A stretch of DNA of 64,000 nt from the NCBI GenBank assembly GCA_043228905.1, contig JBHGNT010000003.1:14384001-14448000 (forward strand), given 5' to 3'. Under the pieces are notes generated by a model that made no database searches, was not told the DNA's origin, and saw nothing but the letters and a program-made list of their open reading frames with translations. The DNA comes from Azolla caroliniana (lineage: Eukaryota > Plantae > Polypodiophyta). Below, piece by piece: positions 27,867-37,859 of the stretch; position 1 is the first letter of the stretch; the number at the start of each line of letters is the position of its first letter. The translations under genes were made by a program, and so were the position numbers.

Positions 27867-28120
27867 TAGAAAGTTGTTCTGTTGTAATCACCAGTAGGAG
27901 AAGATAGAGCTCGAGGTGGTTGCCTCTGAGTCTCTCATTGTACCCTTCCTCTCATAGTGATAGTTGTAGTTTGTGGGCTCCCGTGGTTTTTCCTGATTAG
28001 GGTTTTCCACGTAAACATTCTGTGTCGTTTATGCTGTCTGCGTAAGTGCATTGCTATTTTCTGTTTATTTCTTCCATTGTGAGTTTGAGACTCGGTTGTG
28101 GTTGAGCGCTATTCTGCACA
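20322..28120 (+). mobile_element. Full-length Ty1/copia (Tnt1/Tork-like, family H), pseudogenised; 5' LTR interrupted by a gypsy element
   Basis: 5' LTR 20322-20625 + 23841-~24103; PBS TGGTATGAGAGC (iMet, one mismatch) 24106-24117; gag CFYCGKLGH; WVVDSS; GAG-pre-integrase LWHKRL; INT NGLAERLN; RT QLDVKTTFLHG and YVDD; PPT ~27564-27572; 3' LTR 27575-~28120. Confidence 0.93.
20626..23840 (-). mobile_element. Internally deleted chromovirus (family A): LTR-PBS-leader-RNase H-INT-chromodomain-LTR
   Basis: LTRs 23370-23840 and 20626-21042 are near-identical apart from a ~54-bp deletion. PBS TGGTATCAGAGC at 23357-23368. RNase H/INT ORFs 21919-23235 and 21055-21861. Shifted frame gives chromodomain IRLFKIKWMDKPIDDATWERE. 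No gag, PR or RT core. Confidence 0.93.
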
Positions 28121-28121
28121 A

Positions 28122-28500
28122 AAAGTATCCTTAACCTCGTCCTCGGTGGGTGCCCGCGTTAGTTGGCAACGGAGGTTTTAGAGGCGAATGACAAAGTCGG
28201 TGATGGAGTCCCGATTAAACGGCCTAATTGAATAGAACTAGGAAATGATCTCACGTTGCAGAACACTTCGATGGAATAGGCGTAGGAACGTCATTCGAAG
28301 TTGATCGAAAGTTGTAAATGTGGTCAGGTTGAGGTGTGAGTCCCACCGCACTACTCATCCGTTGAGAGTGTGCCCAAACTCTGCGATATTGGACACATTG
28401 GCCTCATCTTCCAGTAGTCACTGCGAGACGTGGTTGGTGTTCCACGTGTTGAGAAATGACCTCACAAATTGGCATTTGTTTAGCTCCATGGACAATTGTA
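28122..28500 (-). pseudogene. gag 5' part of family C element (continuation across the copia insertion)
   Basis: Translates FVIRL*NLRCQLTRAPTEDEVKDT, homologous to family B gag FVIRFQRMHSQLTLAQPEEETKAIF. The next gag segment (MMLGILDF...) resumes at 20321. Confidence 0.8.
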
Positions 28501-28509
28501 CTCGGCATA

Positions 28510-30353
28510 CAAAGTAATAATTGGCAACCACCTTCAGGTTCCCATGTTGTAGAAGATGAATATTGTTTAGCATACAAAAGTGTAGAACCACTTATTTCAT
28601 TTTTCTTTATTATAAAAATGTGATTGAAGCTTATATTGTTTAACTGTGCGAGCACTTAACATTCCCAACACCCCCATCTGATATATATCTCTTAAAGTCA
28701 TATGCTTCCTTTAAGTGTAAGACTTTTGGGCGTGGTGCATATGCATCACAAATGACATCAAATAGTTTTGGTAATGTGAAAGCATCATGCTGAGACAACT
28801 GTATGGGGAATATGCTAAACATCTGATCTATATGATCATGTGTGTGGCCAACCAAAAGAAAATTGACTTTCACTTTTCTAAACAATCGTTGGTTGACCAA
28901 CATACTTAGATAGCCAAACACAGTTGAATTTTTGTTCTCTCTAGTAGTATTGTCCAATTGAATGTATAGAACAAGGGGGAACGGTTGGCCCCAAGAAATC
29001 AAAACTCGGTGAATCACTGTAACTGTTAGGTTAGGGTCATTGTGAACATTGGGGTATGTAATGAAGACGTGGGGTCCAATAGACCTATTATAAGCCAAGC
29101 ATCCCACCAAGTGCATTTGAACAAGGCACTCATCATTGATGTCTTTGGGGAGCCTCCACATATGCGGCAAACACGTTTTCTTTTGGTCCATTCCATCTAT
29201 CATTAAGCACATTTATTGTTCGGGCCTCTTCAAACACTTCTCTCTATGATGCATCGCCTTCTTTCGTTCTAACGATTGTGCCTCACGATGCTCCTGTAGT
29301 AACTTCTTACTCATATCCTTTTCCATTGATGTCTTTGCACCTTTAGCCAAACTTTTAAGATTTCCACAAATGGAGCATACCCCATGCGTACTTTACGCGG
29401 AATGATAACATTTGAAAACCGAGCTCTCCATAATCTTGTGAATTGGTTATATGTGACATATTTATTACATGAGCCCACCATATCTGATCGATAGACATCA
29501 TAAACTTCCCGACGTGTGTAATTATCCTACTTGTAGTGGGCATTACTTCACATTTTAACTAAAAGTAACTTTTCATCCAACCAATAGTATGTCTTCCAAT
29601 TGCACCTTTCATACTTGGAACCTCTTTACAATTGAGCATCTGATCCCCCCTAAGTAGACGTTGTTGTACTCTATGTAGCCTAACACATAACGTAATTTTG
29701 AAGGCAACTCTACATATCTATTGCGCATGGAAGATATAATGTTCGAATGATACTTTGATCCCCGTACATTTGTCAGACACTAGTTGCATATGTGACCCGA
29801 GGTAAGTGTCTTGCTCATCACTAGTCATCGAAAAATAGTATCGCCTTAATTCTCGCAACTTTGATTTTCCAATCATAGACATACAACCACGAGCACAACA
29901 TATTTTGTTGACATCAAATCCAATCTGCCTATATGATGTCACCAAGTTAAATCTGGCCAGAATAATTCTACGTGAGATTCTTCTAATATGCATAGGGCTT
30001 CTAGATTTCTCTTCCTGCATAGAAGTTGGGGTAGCCTTGTTACAATCCAATTCTTTGTTGTGACCATCGCCCATGATATTCGATGTTTCATTGGCACTAC
30101 CTTCATTCTCCGTATCTTTATTAATATTGTATTCTTCAATAGAGAACTCGTCACATGTGTCATTATTCACTTGTGTTGTAGGTGAAGATGAGCTCAGACA
30201 ATACTCTTCGATAGAAATGGATGAGTCTGTCGACAGACAATATTCTTCGATAGAAAATGGTGAGTCTGTCGATAGACAACACTCTTCGGTAGAAAACAAA
30301 GAGTCTGATGACAAACAATATTCTTCAATCGAGAATGGTGAGTCTTCACTCAT
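28510..30353 (-). pseudogene. Sola-like DDD transposase (subtype unassigned), frameshifted and 3'-truncated
   Basis: N-terminal CCARGC...ELRRYYF; CSIC motif (~29365-29378); catalytic-type motifs IDGMDQ, LYIQLDNTTRENKN, FLLVGHTHDHIDQMFS. Stop just before 29212 and frameshifts upstream. Confidence 0.82.
30195..30350 (-). repeat. 39-bp coding minisatellite (4 units, DSPFSIEEYCLS[ST]) at the transposase N-terminus
   Basis: Repeat visible in ORF 29718-30353. Confidence 0.9.
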
Positions 30354-30674
30354 GGCTTAAGGTCCACACAGAGTTCTTCAAGTTATGTGCTTGGGCTAAT
30401 ATAAAAAACTGATAAGCTCCTATCTAAACAGAAGATCCCTCAATATAATGTCTATATTATTTAATATTATATTAATATAATAAATAAAGATATTATTTTT
30501 AATAAAATAATTTTATTCAACATATTAATAATTACTTAAACTAGTCAATATAAAGTCGAATCAATTATATTTTATACCTTATTAATCCTATAATATATAA
30601 TTTAAATTAAATTCACTTTAGCCATGAAGTATAATATTACAATCATTACCAAGCCATATATATGTTGGTTTAAA

Positions 30675-31025
30675 GTTAAAATCATTGGTTAATTAATGGC
30701 ACCCATATTTAATATAGAACTTCTCAATGATTGGTTCATTCATGCCCACCATGTTAAATATAAGCCTTTTCAATAATTGGTTCGTTCATGGTCACATCTT
30801 TAATACAAAAAACATTAGAGAGTCATAAAAATGTTTCTTTGAGTATTCAATCATTGGTTGGTTCATGAACCTCTATCATTGTTTTATTTATGACCTTCAA
30901 AGGCATTGTATGTTAGTTTGAGTATAAAATAATTATTAATTGTTAGTTTGAGTATTTAATCATTGATTCATTCATAAGTATCATTTAATTCAAATCCATT
31001 CGAGAGTCATTGGTACATTCAAGAT
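30675..31025. promoter_or_regulatory. About 7 degenerate ATTGGTTCRTTCATG (CCAAT-box-containing) motifs in the divergent intergenic region
   Basis: Copies near 30681, 30729, 30775, 30850, 30876, 30959 and 31007. Confidence 0.55.
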
Positions 31026-31170
31026 TATGTACTAAATAAAGTGTACTAAGGTCAAAGAAAAAAGTGTTCTAAGGTCAAAGAAACACTTTCTTAGGTCTAA
31101 CTAACTAACCTTAAGCTTACCAACCCTGGTTAAAGTAATTGTGGTTACTTTAACCGCAGTGGTCAATCCT

Positions 31171-31178
31171 TATAAATA
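31171..31178 (+). promoter_or_regulatory. TATA box of the ParB-MTase gene
   Basis: CCTTATAAATAGG, 116 bp upstream of ATG 31287. Confidence 0.65.
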
Positions 31179-31371
31179 GGAAGACCTCCTCATTTCGCAA
31201 TCACTCACGCGCAAAACAGAGCACAAACAACCCATAGCACGCAGCACCAAATCGTCATCTCCCCATGAGCATCGACAACGAGAATCATGTCTTCGAAGAA
31301 GATCGAGCGCCAAGAATCCAAGTAAGCACCTGGCAATACAGACATTTCTGTAAATATGTTTTAGCACTCAA

Positions 31372-31711
31372 GAACTCGATACACTATATCGAGTTCCTAT
31401 AGTAACTCGATACGGGGTATCGAGTTCCTGTATAAAGTTTGTGTTATATATAGGAACTCGATACGGCGTATCAAGTTCCTGTATAAAATTTGTGTTATAT
31501 ATAGGAACTCGATACGGCGTATCGAGTTCCTGTTTAAAGTTTGTGTTTTATACAAGAACTGGATACGCCGTATCGAGCTCCTATTTAAAGTTTGTGTTTT
31601 ATACAGAAACTCGATACGCCGTATCGAGTTCCTGTTTAAAGTTTGTGTTTTATACATGAACTCGATACGCCGTCTCGAGTCACTGTATAAAACACAAACT
31701 TTAAACAGGAA
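31372..31711. repeat. 51-bp tandem array of palindromes GAACTCGATAC-NNN-GTATCGAGTTC in intron 1
   Basis: Seven palindromes near 31372, 31404, 31454, 31505, 31556, 31607 and 31658. The last spacer is inverted. Confidence 0.93.
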
Positions 31712-34700
31712 TATTGTGTCTTTGGGGGAACAATTTGGTATATGTGTGAAAAGATACCAATTTTAAGTCCAATTTAGACTTTTTAAGTGACATTTGCTAC
31801 ATTTTGTAACATTTAGCGCCCTTATTGAGGAAGGTTTTATGACCTATAATAGCTCAAAATAATAGAAAATAACCCACGAATTACCTTTATGATACCAAAT
31901 TCAAGTCCATCGTATTAAAATTCTCAACAATATGGGATATGGAATCAATATAAGCCATACCTACCCTCCAATATGATACATATCCTTGTATAATTATTAA
32001 GATATATAATATTCGAAGTTGAATAGCCCTTATTAGATTTAAATTCACAATAAAGGTCTATCATGTTCACAGAAAGTATGATTGATATTTAGAGTTTAGC
32101 ACAAATCACTTGCTAGTTTTTGTCTTGGTCTACTTATGTATATTTTTATATGCAACCTTAATCTAGGCAACCAACTAACTTATATTTTCGCACGTCCTTT
32201 CTTAAATAGGTCGTTTGAGAACTTGTCAGACCGACCTATGAAGAAAATAAAGCTCTGAATTCAGGGCTCTCCAATTGAGACCAAGAAACAAATAGTTCCT
32301 CAGAAAATGAAGAGAGGAAAAAAGCTTCCCTTCAACGAGGAGACAAAATCTCAACCATCCGATGATGTTAGCCAAAAGAAAATGTTAGCTGCTACTGGTG
32401 GTGAGGACCTTCGTAACTGTGATCTAACGGATAAGGAATGGTGTATGCAGTCGTGTTGTATACGACAAAGAAGAAGGGCGGCGATCAGCTTGAAAATGAC
32501 ACCGCATTTACGTATGGCCGTATTCTACGATTTGACTACGAAGATTTAGATTCAGCCAACATTCTTGTAATGATAGAGTGCTCGAAGGGGGTACGTAAAG
32601 TGTACCTTTCTGAAGATCGACTAGTAAAGGAATCTTGTGGGCCATAATCTTTTAAAAAAGATCTACAAAGCTCACAAAACGTTATTGTCACCTTGAGGCC
32701 TTATATACAAGGCCATGTAATTCTAAGAGAGCCCCTTCCCTCCCTAGTGAAGGCCCCGAAAAGGGCATCTAAAGTGCAATCAAGACCAACAAAAAAGAAG
32801 ACCACTAAAATATCGGACTCTGACTCATCAAGCTCAACCGAAGATGAGGACACTAGGGGGACGCTAGGTGCTAAGTTGGCATCTAGTGTGTTGTCATCCG
32901 AGCAGAATAAGATACGGAGAGAGTTAATCCAACGTAAACTGGTGAGAAAAGGGCAAGTGTTTAATTTTCCTTTAACACACATCCATCGGCCCTAGTAGAT
33001 GTAAAAACAAGACGAAGACCACTTGAGATCAGAGAACCACACCGAATGCATGTTCAGAATCTCAAGAAAAAAATGAAAATAAATCTGCATGCTACAATTG
33101 TGCCTTTCATTGTGATGGTAGATATCGAAGAATGTTCCACAATTGAGGACTTCAACGTGAGAAAGCATGATCAATACAATTACTTTGTAATTGGTGGATC
33201 ACATTCGGCTGAAGCATGCCGGCAACTTGTTAGAGAGCACCCAATGACTTTCTTCATCAAGTATGCCGAGTGCAAAATATACGCCGGCCTCACAACTGAA
33301 GAGGCAAAGCTTTTGACATGGGACCACAACAACGACAATGACTATAGGCAAAAATTTCATCTATTCAACGGATAAGGTTCGTCCACCATGAATACCTGGA
33401 CGTCAAACAAAAGTTTGGTGTGAAGCTACACCCCGGCCTATGACGTCAATGCCTTCATGAGGTTGGCATTGTGGTGGATGATAATGTTAAGTCAGATGGT
33501 CTTCGGAAATATGAGTCCTGGTTTCAACTTGCCTTTAGAGATGGAGAAGTATGGGACCTACAAGATCAAATCTTCTCAATGTGGGAGAATAAGGAGGTCA
33601 AGGGTCAACAACAAAAGAAATGTAAGGAAGACCCTAAACTAGAATTAAAGTCACAACCGGCCAAGAAAATTGATTTGACAATTGAAGAAGCGGCTGACAA
33701 CATGAAGTTGTCTCTATGGAGAGCGATGCAAGGTATTAAGGACGAGCAACTTCTTGTGTCTTTTTTGTCAAGGGTTGTGGTGAAAGATTTAAGCCTTGAA
33801 GAAATGGTCGTTGAGTTCAATAAGTAAGTCTTTCAAATAGTGATAGTGAATTTAGTGTCCTGCAATTGAAAGTTTTTATCTTGTTTTCTAATTTCACAGT
33901 CATAAGGTGTACATGAAGATCCAAGAAGTTATGATGAAACAACTTAGATGTATAACTTGGGAACAAGTGACCGAGGATTATCCTTTAACGTCATCATATA
34001 AGGCGTTATCTGAGTATTTTATTGCATTCAAGGATTGGGTTAGTATTGGTGTTTTTCATTAAGTTTTCCTCATATGTAGAGGTTGTGTAATAATACTTGA
34101 TGTCTTATTGCTTCTACTAGAAACCGTGTCGTGGCAAGAAACAAGGAGAAGTTAAGGATATACACGATTTCCCGACATCCTTCCTTGCACATCTCGAGAG
34201 AGCCAGAAAAGAGAAGGATCTTCGCTTAGTCAAGGCGTACGAAATTGAGGAAGATGGCTCCTTCAAAAACTTTAGCCACAAAAAGGACATTACGAGAGAT
34301 TTTTACTACAACGCCATTTGCGGCGATGTCGTTGACATGATCCAAAAAGTGCCAAAGAAGGAATATATGCTAATGATTGCTGATATTCCATACGGATTTC
34401 GAATGGCAGGGTCATCATACGACAATGAACCTTTTAGGTTCAAACAGTTAGAGAAGATGGTCAAGGATTTTGCTGAGCTAACGACTGCATCCTTGTGGAG
34501 GATAGTTGTCTTTCATAGTATGGACCAAGGGTTACTCGGTAGCTCAAGCTTTGAGATCTCGTTGCCATGGCATCGAGAACCTTGCATGGTAAGGATTATT
34601 TATAAGTCTCATTCACTATATTGCCTTTCTTAAGATTGTTCAATCTATTCTTAACTCAATGCAATATTTGTTATAGGATAAAAACCAATGTCAATAGAGG

Positions 34701-34948
34701 GCCAACCTTTCGGTTCGTAAATTTCATTGAATACATTACGGTTGGCTACTTCAATGAAATAAAGAAACAAAGAATCAAGGAGCATTCTAATGAAGGTGGA
34801 GGTTCAAATCAGCTGGTATATCCAGCAGTGACACGGAAATTGCGACATGTCACCACGACAAAACGGGGACTTGTCAACCCATACCAAAAACCTCAACGAC
34901 TTATGATGCGCTTGATCGAGATGTTTTCTGTAGAAGGAGATTGGATAT

Positions 34949-34965
34949 TAAACCCTAAACCCTAA
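34949..34965 (+). repeat. Short interstitial telomeric repeat TAAACCCTAAACCCTAA
   Basis: About 2.4 units of CCCTAAA where MTase motif I and the intron 5 donor are expected. Confidence 0.7.
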
Positions 34966-36418
34966 CCAGTACTGATTCTTTTTTGTTTGAAAACTAATTC
35001 TTCTTGTTGCTTTCTTCACAGGGACAACGTCTGCATGCGCATTGAAGCTCTTCAAAAACACAGTTCCATTGAGAAGGACGAGGAGCAAGTTATATTTATA
35101 AACATGAGGATTAAGGCTTTGTGGGAGTACCTAGACCAGGACGAGGAGGTCGGTGCAAAGAACCTCGTGAATACCAAAAGGTTTCAACCTGCTTCGCTAG
35201 AGCCTATTCTTCCGTTAGCCTGGGAACCACGGGAGCTAATAAAGCTTAATGATGAGCTTATAGTTCATTGGCTCGACTAACAAGGGACGACAATGCACGT
35301 ATAGCCAAAGAGACTTCTATAAGAGATGAAGAAGAAAATGACATTGACGATTTGATTGCTATGTAATAGACTCTTTTGTTCACGAAATGTATGGTTTGGA
35401 ATTCACATTACTAATACAAATTTTGGGTTTTACTTGGTGTATTCCATTCTTTATAATCTTCTATATGTTTCAATTGTATTTCTATATACTTGGTTTGTTG
35501 ACTTATGACATTGGTTTCACCGTGTGCATTGCTGACTACCAATATGGAGAAACATGAATTAGTTTAAATTAAGGCTGATTTTGGTCAAACTTTACCTTAA
35601 CATAACATGCTCGTAGAATTGTTGCCATGACTATCCATGTTGTTATTTGCGATCAATTGTTGAGATTGTCATTCCGTGTCTAGTATATACCAGTCCATAT
35701 ATTATGGATCTTTGTCTTCTATTGTTAAAACTATTATGTTTCTCTTCCATTGCTGCTTAGATTGTGTAGTGTGTTGATAATGGTTCCACTAGCGTTATCC
35801 ACATGTTTTTATACGCTTGTAGTTCCACTAGCGTTATTGTTCGGAGTTTGATCCCGTGTGAATCACCTAAGGAATAGATTAGATCAATTTTAAATACAAG
35901 TATTGAAAGCCTTAATATGTTTGTTATTTCCATCACAATATCCTAAAGTTCACTGTCTTAAATTGTCCACAATTATATACATATGGTTTGATCTTGCGAA
36001 CAAACTGAAGAATAGATTAGATCAACTTTACCAAAGGACAAGTCCAAGCCCACCTGAGTCTTCAAGCATTCCAAGCACGTCGTGGCCAAGTACGACCTTG
36101 GACAAAGGCAAAGGTAAGATGCATGAATATGAAGTCAACCACCCCAACGACAGTGATTCGAATGTGTCGGACCGCTCACTAGAAAGTGAGCTTGGTGTAC
36201 CCATCATACAAACACCCAGAGTACAAAAGGAGCTCACATCGGCAAGAGAAAAACTTTGACGCTCTTCTAGAGAGAAGAATCATGTCAGTCGGCTCGGCAA
36301 CAATGAGTACATGGCCCATCATTATACCTTCGCGATGAAGGTAGCAGCCGAACAAGAGCTCGAGATCTCTACAGAAGTGGCTCATGACCCACAATGGGTG
36401 GATGCAATCAACCTTCGA

Positions 36419-36758
36419 CCATTTAGCACTACAAGCCTTCGTCACAAGCTTGAGGGGGAGGAACCAAAAATGCCACGAAAATGCCGACGCCGAAAGCCGC
36501 ACAGAAGCCGACATCGAAAGTCGGACAATGCCGAAAGCAAAACCGGATGTCGGACGCCCCACACTTGAGCTTGAGTGGGTGTGTCGGATGCCCCATTTAG
36601 CACTACAAGCCTTCGTCACAAGCTTGAGGGGGAGGAACCAAAAATGCCACGAAAATGCCGACGCCGAAAGCCGCACAGAAGCCGACATCGAAAGTCGGAC
36701 AATGCCGAAAGCAAAACCGGATGTCGGACGCCCCACACTTGAGCTTGAGTGGGTGTGT
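36419..36758 (+). repeat. Tandem duplication, 174-bp period, including the PPT
   Basis: CCATTTAGCACTACAAGCC occurs at 36419 and 36593; the copies look identical, with an ~8-nt filler between them. Confidence 0.92.
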
Positions 36759-36837
36759 TGAGATATCAAGCTCAACTTAGTTTAGTCGTTTAGTCAACAC
36801 ACATAACTTAGTAGTTACCTAGATAAAATCTAGTTAG

Positions 36838-37194
36838 TGTGTTGACCTTAAAGCTTTAAATAGGATTTTGTACTTATACGTAAGTGGGGATACATTCTAG
36901 ATCCTCCACTACCAAGTATATTTAATATAGGACTTACATCCTTGCACCTATATTTTACTCACACATGTGCACCTTTGCACATGAGTTGTATATATACCTC
37001 ATTGTGGGTATTTTTGTATTTGATGATGCTTTTAATATAGTTAATCATCCCCCATCTTGTCTCGTTGTTCATAAGTGTATCTTCCTCTCTCTCTTCCTCA
37101 CACACACACACGCACACATATCTCATAACCTTTCGCTGCTTAATCATATAATTAGGTACTAATTAACCCGTAGTTAATTACCTAATTCTTAACA
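36838..37194 (+). repeat. Probable solo LTR inserted in the family F LTR
   Basis: TG...CA ends; flanks GTTAG/GTTAC (4/5 TSD); absent from the related LTR at 38798-39178. Confidence 0.55.
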
Positions 37195-37859
37195 GTTACA
37201 CACCACCACTATGTAATATAACTAATGTGACATATGAGTTACATTCTATGACACATTATTAATGAGTCTTGTAACAAAATTCATGTGTAATAGGAGTTAC
37301 ACTCTATGACACATAGTTAATGAGATTCTAGAGAGTGAGTGAGTGGTTTAGTGAAAGGCTAACCTTATATAAAGCACCTTCCTCCTACTTTGTAATTGTC
37401 GGTTACTCTCACTTGTAGTGCTCATTATCTTTGTGTAGTTGTTCTCTACTTCTTGTTAATATACATCCTGAGTATTTCATTTTCCTATCTATCTTGTGTG
37501 TCTCCTCTCTTGTCTTTCACACACACATAACGCAGATCTTTAACCTATCCACTGCATAGAATCACACTCAATTCTTTACAATAGCTAAGCTAGTTAGCTC
37601 AAATATTCCATTTAAACCCTAATATCAAGCAATAATCAATTCTTCCTCGTTACACTCGACATCCTCGTCTGCGATTCCAACAAATTTGCCCTAATCAACA
37701 TGAAGAAAAATTCTCAAGGTAATGCTCCATTTGCAAAATTCAAGATGATGAGGAGTGTATTGATATGAAAGGCTTGGACATGAGTGCAAAAATCCCCATT
37801 TTCCACTGTGTGTACCAATATTTCACTCCACGTAATAAATTAAAGATCCATTTGACCGT

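Larger units (their letters stand above)
31287..35366 (+). pseudogene. 6-exon gene: ParB/Srx-like domain fused to beta-class N6A/N4C DNA methyltransferase
   Basis: Exons 31287-31321, 32210-33823, 33900-34038, 34121-34588, 34677-~34950, 35022-35366. Introns 1-4 are GT-AG with matching phases (intron 4 after correcting a 1-nt insertion near 34530); the intron 5 donor is lost. ParB-like PFIVMVD...YFVIGGSHSAEACRQL...CKIYAGLTTEEAKLL. MTase ICGDVVDMIQKVPKKEYMLMIADIPY, WIK...IEYITVGYF, NPYQKPQRLMMRLIEMFSVEGDWIL, GTTSACALKL...IEKDEEQ. Several stops and frameshifts. Confidence 0.85.
35990..37580 (+). mobile_element. Internally deleted Ty1/copia remnant (family F) with 3' LTR 36756-37580
   Basis: INT-RT linker YMAHHYTFAMKV...DPQWVDA joined directly to an RNase H 3' end; PPT GAGCTTGAGTGGGTG; LTR TGTTGAG...TTCTTTACA. 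Confidence 0.78.

Noticed and set aside
31397-31659. ORFs with 17-aa repeats
   Set aside because: They are by-products of the 51-bp period and are spliced out in the gene model.
31372-31711. CRISPR array
   Set aside because: The spacers are near-identical to each other, there are no cas genes, and the array lies in a spliceosomal intron.
31287-35366. Bacterial contamination explaining ParB-MTase
   Set aside because: The gene has phase-consistent GT-AG introns and a TATA box and is contiguous with plant retroelements.
28400-35990. TIRs/TSD for the Sola-like element
   Set aside because: None found by eye. The left end is replaced by gypsy gag and the right end runs into a copia remnant.
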